A DNA stretch of 64,000 bases from Malacoraja senta (Eukaryota), in assembly GCA_038087875.1 (NCBI GenBank), contig CM075977.1, positions 250,046,001-250,110,000 of the forward strand, written 5' to 3'. Each line of letters opens with the position of its first letter. Position 1 is the stretch's first letter. Under the pieces are notes generated by a model. That model searched no databases. It was not told where the DNA came from and saw only the letters and a program-made list of their open reading frames with translations. The position numbers and the translations under genes were made by a program. Shown piece by piece: positions 1 to 58,782 of the stretch.

Positions 1-799
1 AATCTTTCACGTTTAGATTTCAGAAGGAGAACTATTTTTTTCTCTTCCTACCTGCTAATGATAGTTTGGTGTAAGAAATGCAAATACCATTTGAATGGAA
101 GGCAGTCAGAATACTTTAGGATAGATGATAAAGGGATTTATTTTTCCTAATGCCGGATGGGATGCAGACACAGATGCTTGAAATATAAAGTGTCCTATTC
201 CCCAACTTCATTTTACCAATAAATGGCCCCTCATACAATTGTACAAGAGCTTTTGAAACACCTTAACTGTAAGCACTGGTTTTAGAGTGCATTAGTGTAA
301 GAGTGGTTTTAGTGGGAATATTAAATTCATAATTGCATTAAAAATGAAATTCCACAATGTTACAAGATCTACTTGTTAATATAATACATGTAAAGTTTAT
401 CTGTACTTACAATGCTTTTAACTGTTGTCTTAATTTGGGGATTGTTTAAAGCACAAGTCACTTTTGGGAGAGGTCATTAGTTTTTCATCACCAGCTCACT
501 GCTGTGTTGTGCCTAGCTTTTACAGGACTAAAGAACATTTTGTTAACGGTGTCATCATTCTTAAAGCTAGCGAAATATCTACAACGCCAGACTATTGTCC
601 TCCAGGTTACATTTACCTTGTGCATGCACAGTACTAAAGGTCCTTCAAGCTTGATTACCCATGATTTAAATGCAAACTTTTTGCTTCCAAAAAAGGGAAA
701 TGTAACATTTGCTTTTAAAATGCTAAATTGATAAAGTACAGTTTGTATTCAAATTCAATGATCTTATGTAACCTGTAATTGGAATATTACTTTAAGCTG

Positions 800-805
800 A
801 ATAAA
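800..805 (+). terminator. Possible polyA signal of a convergent plus-strand gene
   Basis: AATAAA after about 800 bp of repeat-free AU-rich, UTR-like sequence, followed by a GT-rich tract. Confidence 0.3.
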
Positions 806-860
806 GGGATTTCTGTTTTAACTGAAAGCATTGTGCATGTGTGGATCTGTCCTATTTATG

Positions 861-1665
861 AGATTAGAGATTCCTTTATTTGTCATTCAGACCTTTCGGT
901 CTGAACGAAATTTCGTTGCCTGCAGTCATACATATAATAATAAATAACAAAACACACAATAAACACAAATTAACATCTACCACAGTGAGTTCACCAGGCA
1001 CCTCCTCACTGTGATGGAGGCAAAAGTCTTAAAGTCTCTGTCTCTTCCCGCTTTGTTCTCCCTCTGCGCTGAGGCGATCCAGGCTTCTGATGTTGTGGCC
1101 CCGCCGGGTGATGGTAAGTCAGTCCCGCGGCTGAATCCGTGCTCCGTCTGCGACGGGCCGGTTCAAACTCCGCAGCCCGGGGTGGTCGAAGCTGCCGCCC
1201 TCCAGTCCAGCGGACGAAGCTGTTGTTGCGGGAGCCCCAGAAAAACAGGTCACCCACCTGTGACCTGCGAGCTCCTGACGATGTCGTCCACCGGGCCCGC
1301 GGCCGAGCCTCCGGATTCAGGTCGCCACCAGTGTCCTCGGTCGCCACCGCAGTCCCGAAGCAGGCCAGCCCCGCGCTGGTAAGTCCTGGCTCTGCCTCCG
1401 GAGCCTCGAGGTCTGTCGGTCGCAGTTGGAGGCCGTCAGCTCAGCCATTAGGCCTCAGCGCAGACGGAGGCAGAGAAGGGGGATACGACAAGAAAAAGTC
1501 GCATCCCCCCGAAGGAAGAGACAAAAATCATGTTTCACCCCCCCACCCCACACATACACAACCCAATAAACTAAAATTTAACTAAAACAGGACAAAAGAA
1601 AACAACAAAAAAAGTAAAAACAGACGGACTGCAGGCGAGCCGCTGCTGTTGAACAGCGCCGCCAT
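861..1665 (-). mobile_element. GC-rich non-coding retroelement (about 800 bp) with a Rex1/Babar-like 3' end
   Basis: Shares its 5' end (ggcggcgc...gcagcggctcg.ctgcagtccgtctg), an internal block and the 3' end (tgactgcag...aaatttcgtt...tgaca(a)ataaa) with 39877-40731. Confidence 0.6.
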
Positions 1666-3398
1666 GGAACATCTTTACTACTAAGAATAACTATTAGCCC
1701 ACCTGCCTTAATCTTTACTGATTTAGCTGCCTTTAAAAGTGAAAAAGTTGCTTTGTTTCATCTTTAAAATTAATTTAAAGATTAATTTTCATTCTTCAAC
1801 CTCTTGTGGGATTGAGTGATTGCTATTGGTTTTGGGGCATTTTGAAGCATTTAAGGGACTGCACTAAACGTTTGCTAAGAGCTCTCTAGCAAGTGCAATT
1901 CATAATGTATAGTTTCGGCCCGCATTGTTTGTGCTGAACATAATGCCTAACGTTAGTGATCCATATCCCTATCTAAAAGCGTATTAAACGCCACTATCGT
2001 ATCTGACTCCACCACCACTGAGTTCAGGCCCCCACAAGAAACAAAAACCTGCCTCTCACATTTCTATTTATATTTTCCCCCTCGCCTTATAACTATGTCC
2101 TCTCTAGTGTTGGACATTTCCACCCTGGGGAAAAAAGGTTCTGACTGTCCTATCTGTGCCTCTTGTTTTATACACTTCTATCCAGTCTCCCCTCAACCTC
2201 TGACGTTCTGGAGAAAACAATCCCAGTTTATCCAGCCTCTCGCTGCAGCTGAAACCCTTTAATCCATGCAGCATTCTGGTAAAGCTCTGTACCCTCTCCA
2301 AAGCTTCCACGTCATTCCTGTAATGGGGCAACCAGAACTGCATGTATTATTGCAAATGTGGCCTAACCAAAGTGCTATACAGCTACAGACTTCCTGACCC
2401 TAGCAATGAATGCAAGCGTACCATATGCCACCTTTACCATCTTGGCAACTTGTGCTTTCACCTTCAATGAACTTGGACCCAAGATCACTTTGTGCATTAA
2501 TAATACTCAGGGTCTTGCTATTAACTGTATTCTCCTTGCATTCAACACCTCACACTTGCTCAGGTTAAACTCCATTTCCACAGCAACATCTTCTGACAGC
2601 CTCCCTCACAGTCTGCAAACCTGTCCATCAGCAAATTTACCAACCCATCTAGTTAGGTTATATCTATATATCCCAAATTCCTGTGGAACTCCACTCTGGC
2701 TCCAGCCAAAATATTTACCTTCCATCACAAGTCTTCTATGAATAAGCCAGTTCTAAATCCATGAATCCTGTACATCATTGTCTGGATCAGCCTACCATAA
2801 GGGGCCTTGTCAACAACATTTATTGCCCTATCACCTTCAATGCCATTTGTCATCACCTCAAAAAACTCAAATCAAGTTCGTGAGGCATGATCGGCCATGT
2901 ACAAAGCAGTGCTGGATATCCCTAATGAGCCCATTCTCTTCCAAATGGGAGTAAGGCCTATCTTGAAGAAATCCCTCCAATAGTTTCCCCACCACTGACA
3001 TGAGGCTCACTGAACTATAGTTCCCTGTGGTCTCTTTACTTTCTTAAACAAAGGACCATTGGCCGTCCTCCAGGACATCACCTGCTAGAGAAGAAGCAAA
3101 TCCTCATCAAGGCATCTGCAATCTCACAATAACATAAGATTGATTCTGTCACGCCTCAGAGACTTTACAAACTTAATGTTCTTCAAGAGCCTTGGCAGCA
3201 CCTCCTCGATCTTAAACTGCCCCAACATATTTGTATGCTCTACACTGATATCACTGCCCTCCAAGTCCTTCTCAGTGAATACAGATGCAAAATACTCATT
3301 GAGTACCTCACCTGCATCCCCCAACTCCACACAGATTCCCACCTTGAACTTTGAGCAGTCCTACCTCCTCCCTGGTCACCCTCTTATTTTAATACATA

Positions 3399-4706
3399 CT
3401 AGACCAAGTGCAGACCCGTTGGGTCTGTTCCCGCAACGTGAGGTTACAAGGGGAGGGGGCGGCCTGACGTCATCGCGCAACGCCACGCGCTAGGCATACG
3501 GCGTCAAGACGCTGCGTACGCCCTCAATGCGCCTGCGGGCCTACGGTCCGTTGCTGTCAAGACGCTGCGTACGATGTCAAGACGCTGCGTACACCCTCAA
3601 TGCGCCTGCGGGCCGACAGGCCGTTGACGCGCGGTATTTTTGGACAGTGCAAGCCTGCGTGCCGCCAGTGAGGACGGCAAAAAGCAGAATGGATTATCTT
3701 CGGAATAACGGAAGATGATCCAGAACTAAATGTGTTTCAAAAGAAATTAATGGACTATGGGTTAATAACTGGAAAAAAGCTAATTCTAAAATTTTGGAAG
3801 AAGGCTCCAATACCAACTATAAATATGTGGATTTCAAATATGTTTGAAACATTACACCTAGAAGAGATAAGACTCCTCCTAGCAGGTAAACCAGATCACT
3901 TCCACCTGACGTGGTCTGCATTTATAGAATTATTACAAACATAGGGTGCAAAAGTACTTTAAAAAAAAATAAAAAATTGAAGTCAGGTAAGGGGGGATGA
4001 TAGTTGAAGAGTTGGTATGTCCTATTTACGTAATACTCAAAAAAAAAATTTTTTTTCCCTCTCTTTTTTTTCCTAGGGCCTATCTCTTAACTCTTTTTTT
4101 TTTTAGTTTTTAATTTCGCTCTTATAGGGTCTTCGTCCTTTTTTGTTGTTACATTTTCTACACTTTCACTTTTTCCTTCACTTTCTTCTTTCTTTCAATC
4201 TTTTCCTTTTCTAGTGTAAAAAAATAAATAAAGGGAGTACATTAATTGTAAGAAGATACAAATGACGAGTATTAATGTATGTGGTTGCAATGTAATGTAC
4301 TTCTAATAAATTTAAAAAAAAAAAAAAAAAAAAGCAGCGGGGGGACCAGGCGATCTTTGGCTTCGGCCAGCGTGACAGCCGGGCCGGGGGAGGGGGGGAA
4401 GTGGAGGAAGTAAAATCGCTAGCGAAATGGGAAAAATCTCGGTGTTTTTGGAGGAGAGCCGGGAAGCAGCAGCCGTTATGGTCGCTGGCCAGCAGGAGGC
4501 GAGAAAATCAGTGAGTGGGGGGGAGAAGGATTTTATTAAAAATGTGTACAGAAAAATGACGAAATTTAATGAGTGGAAGAGCGAATGTAAAAGTGAAATC
4601 GCTAGCGAAATGGTAAAAATTTCGGCGTTTTTGCGTGTGGTTTTGGCGGAGTAACGAATCAAAGGGCAAAAATATGACATACACACACAGAGTTTTAAAA
4701 TATAGA
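3399..4706 (-). mobile_element. Non-autonomous Helitron
   Basis: Minus strand starts TCTATATTTTAAAACTC and ends with hairpin CAGACCC-AAC-GGGTCTG (3411-3427) followed by CTAG; inserted between A and T with no TSD. Confidence 0.8.
3688..4328 (+). mobile_element. 5'-truncated L1 (ORF2 C-terminus, 3'UTR, polyA) nested in the Helitron
   Basis: Peptide identical to the C-terminus of ORF 58783-62232; polyA tail; TSD AAAAAGCAG at 3679-3687 and 4329-4337. Confidence 0.9.
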
Positions 4707-5707
4707 TTTAAAAAAAAAAGGATTTTCCTTAATCCGCCTTGCTAATGACATTTCCTGGCCCTTCTAATCACTCTTTCCTACTTCCTTTATATTCCTCATA
4801 AGCCTCATCTGATGCCACCTTCTTAAACTTGACATATGCTTCCTGTTTCGTCCTGACCATGTTTACAACCTCATTGATCATCCATGGTTCCTTAGCTTGC
4901 CATCCTTGTCCCTTAAAACAACTCCCACATGTCATCACCCAATAACAACTGGTTGCAAACAACCCTCCCTAGTTCCTGCCTAATGGTATTGTAATCTGCC
5001 TTGCCCCAACATCCAGACCAATTCCTGCAACATTACTGGAAAAGCAGTGGGCATCCTGAAGTAGTAGGCAGGTTGCTTGAGGGACATCAGGGTTAATGCT
5101 TACATTAAAGCATGAGCACAATAAGTAGAGATCAGGATCAACTATGCCAGCAGAACCAGCATTTCCTTTTGTCCCCAATTTCAACTATCCATACTTCCAT
5201 AGTTCTGGCATTATTAATGTTGGAAATATTTTTTGACACACCTGACCTAGCCAATTCCAAAGTGTTATTACATTCTGCAGATTCTTTTACTGCTGCTAAA
5301 ACATTGTTTCAGACAGACCATGTTACTCATACTCAGTCAGACCTTTTAGCAAGGAAGGTGGGATTGCAAATACAGCAATGAAGGCTTATTTGGATGCATT
5401 TTTCAAAATCATGTCCTTGTTATAATGTACACAGCACCCATCCTACAGGCTTCTAGTTCAAATGGCGTGCAATCAGCTTTAGTTGCAATGATTAATGATT
5501 CAACTGGGCCTTCCCACTGCCTCATGGGCAGTTCCATTTCAATAAAGTAATAAGTAGAAATACTCTGGGTTTCAAAGCATCTAAGTTCTTTCTACCAAAG
5601 TATGAAATAAAAACCACAACACCTCTGGCAACATGACAAAGTTGTATTGTGTTCAACTATAAAACTGACAAGTATAGAAATAACCCATACATTTGAATGG
5701 AAACCAT

Positions 5708-5713
5708 TTTATT
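5708..5713 (-). terminator. Candidate SMARCA5 polyadenylation signal AATAAA
   Basis: About 180 nt past the stop codon, followed by a CA and U/GU-rich sequence on the minus strand; more distal sites are possible. Confidence 0.45.
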
Positions 5714-5892
5714 ACATGGTAAAAAATATTCAGCACAGCTGTTTAAAATTCAATAAACTCTAGACTACATTAATTCCTACTAGCACAGTGGGAATGATGT
5801 TGTAATACCACATACGAGATTTCTATCAAAGCCTTTATACATCCTCAGAACTGAAATACATTCACTATGCAGACATGATGTGCATAGACAAC

Positions 5893-54442
<48,550 letters not shown>

Positions 54443-54624
54443 GTCTGTTTGTTTGTTGCGGGATGGGTCCCTCTCCTCTTCCTGCTGGTGATGGTGGTGG
54501 TGATGGTCCACCCCCTCTCTCTCGCTCTCCTTCTCTCTCTCTCGCGCTCTCTCTCACTCGCTGCCTCCTCTCCCGGCTCCTCGCCGGCTCCTGCCTCCAA
54601 CCGCTGCCCCACCGGCCGCCCGGC

Positions 54625-54779
54625 TCTCGCGAGAACCCGGCCCGCGCAGGCTGCGTCACTGCCCGATGACGTCACAGCCCGCTGACATCCCGGCCCGGCC
54701 CGCCGGTTGCGTCACTGCCCCATGACGTCACGGCTCAGGAGGGGGGGGGGCGGGGAGAGGAGGAGGAGGCGGTGACGCA
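54625..54779. promoter_or_regulatory. Core promoter motifs: TCTCGCGAGA (BANP/ZBTB33-type) 54625-54634; full CRE TGACGTCA 54667-54674 and 54723-54730; variant CRE TGCGTCA 54652-54658 and 54708-54714, and TGACGCA 54773-54779
   Basis: Exact motif matches 180-340 bp upstream of the ATG. Confidence 0.75.
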
Positions 54780-54985
54780 GGTTGGAGAGGTGAGGAGAAG
54801 TGCCATAGAGTGCGAGGCGTTAGCACGGGGGCGGGGTGGCACAGGCTGTGGGGTTTTGGAGAGGAGCTGTTTTAGTGCGAGGAGGTGCCACAGGATTGGG
54901 GTGGGGGGTGGGGCACAGAGGGCCTGTAGAGGCCAAATCAGTGGGGATTTTTAAGGCAGAGATAGACAAATCATTGATCAGAACG

Positions 54986-55078
54986 TCTGAAGAAGGGTTT
55001 CGGCCCGAAACATTGCCTATTTCCTTCGCTCCATAGATGCTGCTGCACCCGCTGAGTTTCTCCAGCATTTTTGTGTAC
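54986..55078 (+). mobile_element. 93-bp Penelope-terminal insertion with a 14-bp TSD, inside a CR1 remnant
   Basis: TSD CATTGATCAGAACG at 54972-54985 and 55079-55092; starts at the CTGAAGA hammerhead-like core. Confidence 0.8.
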
Positions 55079-55104
55079 CATTGATCAGAACGGGTGTCGA
55101 GAGT

Positions 55105-55257
55105 TAGAAACATAGAAAATAGGTACAGGAGTAGGCCATTCGGCCCTTCGAGCCTGCACCGCCATTCAATATGATCATGGCTGATCATCCAACTCAGTAT
55201 CCTGTACCTGCCTTCTCTCCATACCCCCTGATCCCTTTAGCCACAAGGGCCACATCT
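55105..55257 (-). mobile_element. CR1 3' end (same subfamily as 13930-15309) interrupted by an L1
   Basis: Near-identical to 13943-14090 up to cacatct, then an L1 poly-T tail. Confidence 0.85.
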
Positions 55258-58200
55258 TTTTTTAATTTTTGTTTTGATTAATATTTTTATTAGAAGCAAA
55301 CATATTATAAAGTATAGTAACATATTATAATAGAAAAAAAACCTTTTCATATACATCAATCATACATTATTAAAATTGTCAGTTGTCAATTAATTCTGCT
55401 TCTAGTGGTTTTTTTTATATAGATAGAAAAGGAGAGGTAGAAAGAAGAAAGCATTACAAATATCGAGAAGGAAAAAAAAGAGGTGGAATGAGTTACTTAT
55501 AATACGTCATTGGAGATAAGTTCGTAGGTTATGTAATATAATTTTACATCTAATCCTGAGTTCAAGCTTCAGTTGGGTTTTCGTGCTGGGCCCATCTATC
55601 CCTTCAAATAGTTAATGAATGGAGCCCATATTTTGAACAAAAAGTTCTTGTTTGTCCATTAAGACAAGTCTAATTATTTCTAGATGTAGGGTCTCCAACA
55701 TTTCCACAATCCACATTTTAATTGTGGGGGTTATAGGACCTTTCCAAAATTTTAATATTAATTTTTTCCCAGTTATACTGTAGTCAAGGAAGTTTCTTTG
55801 GCTTGTTGTGAGTATTAAACTTTGTTCTGATATCCCAAGTATTATTAATTTTGAGTCTGGATCCAATTTAGTATTAACAACTTCAGAAATTATTTCAAAA
55901 ATATCAATCCAGAAATTTTTGATTTTTATACAATTTGCAAAAGTATATGTTAAATTGGCCTCTAGATGTAGGCATTTATCACAGATAGGAGAAATATGTG
56001 GGAAGATTCTATTTAGTTTTATTTTGGAGTAATGTAATCTGTGTAAGACTTTAAATTGTATTAAAGCATGTCTGGCATTTAACGAGCATTGATGTATATG
56101 TTGTAAACTTTCGTCCCAAATGTCTTTCGTTATAGAGTGACCTAACTCATTTTCCCATGTGTGTCTATATAGTTCCATCGGTGGTACCTCATTGTTTAAG
56201 AGGATGTTATAAATATAAGCTATTAATTTTTCAGTGTTAGGATGCTTATTCAAACATTCATCAATAATTTCTGGTTCCCTAGTCCCATATACTTGTGTAT
56301 TAGATTTAACATAATCTCTAATTTGTAGATATCTGAAAAAATTATTTGAGTGTAGTCCATAATTCTGTTGTAACTCTTGAAATGACAGAAAGATGCCTTC
56401 CCTATAAAGATGTCCAATCTTTTTAATTCCATAATTTTTCCATTGTATAAAACCTCTATCCAATATGGATGGCTTGAATAAAGGATTAATTACAATGGGA
56501 AGACATAGTGTATATTATTCAGTTTTAAAGCTTTTTTTTAATTGTTTCCAAATTCGTATTCCACTATGTATTATAGGGTTTTCCGTATAGGTTTTTTAAT
56601 GCAATTTTGTGGGAGCAAATATAATCGAACCAATTTCAAAAGGTAAACAGTCTTCCTTTTCCATCCTTAACCAATCTGGATATTGATCCATTTCTTCCAG
56701 CCAGAAATTCATGTTTTTAATATGGACTGCCCAAAAATAAAATAAGAATTTGGTAAAGCCAAACCTCCATTGCTCTTTGACTTACATAAATGTTTTTTAC
56801 TTATTCTATGATTCTTATAATCCCAAATAAAGCTTGTAACAATGGAGTCGACTTTTTTGAAAAGGTTTTTGGGGATATATATCGGAATTAATTGAAATAG
56901 GTACAGTAGTTGCGGTAAGAAGAACATTTTTATAGCATTAATTCTGCCAAGCATTGAAATGGGAATTGTTTTCCAGTACTGAATATTCTTGTGTAATTTA
57001 TTAAGGGTGGAAAATTTAGTTGAAATAAGGAGGTATATGTCTTAGTTACATAGATTCCTAAGTATTTAAGTTTATCTTTAACTATTTTAAAAGGGGATTG
57101 TTGCAATGTATTCAAATTGAATTTTGTTATTGGCATGATTTCACTTTAATTCCAGTTAAATCTATATCCTGAGAACTGACCAAATTGAGTTATTAGATTT
57201 AATAGATTTGGAATACTAGTTTCTAACTTTGTGATATATATGAGTACATCATCTGCATATAAGGACATTTTATTCCTTGTATCTCTAGTGTTGTACCCGT
57301 GTATTCCTGGATGGGTTCTAACGCTTTCTGCTAATGGTTCAATTGCAAGAGCAAATAATAGTGGAGATAGTGAGCATCCTTGTCTGCAACCTCTAGAAAG
57401 ATTAAATTTAGCTGATAACATTTGGTTTGTTAATATTCTAGCTGTTGGATTTGGTGATAAACCACAAAAACTATTAGCGCGTCAACTTCGTAAACTGGAC
57501 GGAGAAAAAACAATTTACAAAATTAGATCAGACAAGGGAGAAATATTAACAATGCCTAAAGATATTAATGATAGATTTTTTACAATATTATCAAAAACTG
57601 TACTCATCTAAAATGACAACAATCAGCAGGAATGGAAAAATATAACAGTTTAATCCATGTACAGTACTTCTCTCCTAGTTGACATTTTTCCATTACCGAA
57701 AATAAATATGACCATTCTACCTGGTCAAATGCTTTTTCAGCATCTAACGATATAATTGCTAGATCTGCATTAGGAATTCAATTCGTATATATAATATTGA
57801 ATAGTCTTCTCAAATTATAAAATGAGTAATGTTTTGGAATAAAACCAGTTTGGTCGGGGTGTATTAATTTGTTAATCACTAAGCTCAATCTATGAGATAG
57901 GATTTTGGTTAATGTTTTTTGATCAGTATTTAAGAGAGCTATTGCTCTATATGAACCTGGGTCTTCAGGATCCTTATCCGTTTTCGGTATATGATTGTAG
58001 ATTCATTTAGAGTTTCTGGAAGTTTCTGTTGAGTATAAACGTATTTGTATAGTGTCTGTAGGCGTGGAGAAATCAGATCGTAATTTTTAAAATAAAATTC
58101 AGAGCTTAGACCATCAGGACCTGAGGCCTTTCCATTTTTTAAAGATCTAATTGACTCTTCGATGTCTTTTACCGTAATTTCTGCATCTCGTAATTCTCTC

Positions 58201-58355
58201 TCTTTCTGATCTAAACCTGTAAGGTTACATTTCTGTAGAAATTTTTCCATTCCTGCTGATTGTTCTGTCATTTTAGATGAGTACAGTTTTTGATAGTATT
58301 GTAAAAAATCTATCATTAATATCTTTAGGCATTGTTAATATTTCTCCCTTGTCTG
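55258..58355 (-). mobile_element. Older L1 (L1-B), ORF2 RT and C-terminal region with frameshifts
   Basis: RGCRQGCSLSPLLF, SLYADDVL and CDKC...HLEANL; poly-A tail at 55258-55290. Confidence 0.9.
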
Positions 58356-58782
58356 TTTTTTTATTTTTTTTTATTTTTTTTATTTTTATTTATCAGAAGT
58401 ACATTACATTACAACCACATACATTAATACTCGTCATTTGTATCTTCTTACAATTAATGTACTCCCTTTATTTTTATTTTTTTACACTAAAAAAGGAAAA
58501 GATTGAAAGAGAGAAGAAAGTGAAGGAAAAAGTGAAAGTGTAGAAAAGTGTAGAAAATGTAACAACAAAAAAGGACGAAGACCCTATGAGAGCGAAATTA
58601 AAAACAAAAGAAAAAGAGTTAAGAAATAGGCCCTAGGAAAAAAAAGAGAAAAAGAGAGAGGAAAAAAAAAGAAAAACAAATATTTTTTTGAGCATTACGT
58701 AAATAGGACATACCAACTCTTCAACTATCATCCCCCCTTACCCGACCTCAATTTTTTATTTTTTTTAAAGTACTTTTGCACC

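Larger units (their letters stand above)
1915..5030 (-). mobile_element. Degenerate CR1 LINE interrupted by a Helitron
   Basis: ORF remnants QFWLPHYRNDVEALERVQ and EVLNEYFASVFT; the host sequence is continuous across 3398/4707. Confidence 0.75.

Noticed and set aside
1006-1585. Overlapping 113-148 aa ORFs (similar ones at 39961-40705 and 51956-52573)
   Set aside because: They lie in GC-rich non-autonomous repeats, and the frames are not conserved between related copies.
3470-3660. Repeat-spacer-like array (gtcaagacgctgcgtac x3) resembling CRISPR
   Set aside because: Irregular short tandem duplications inside a eukaryotic transposon; no cas genes.
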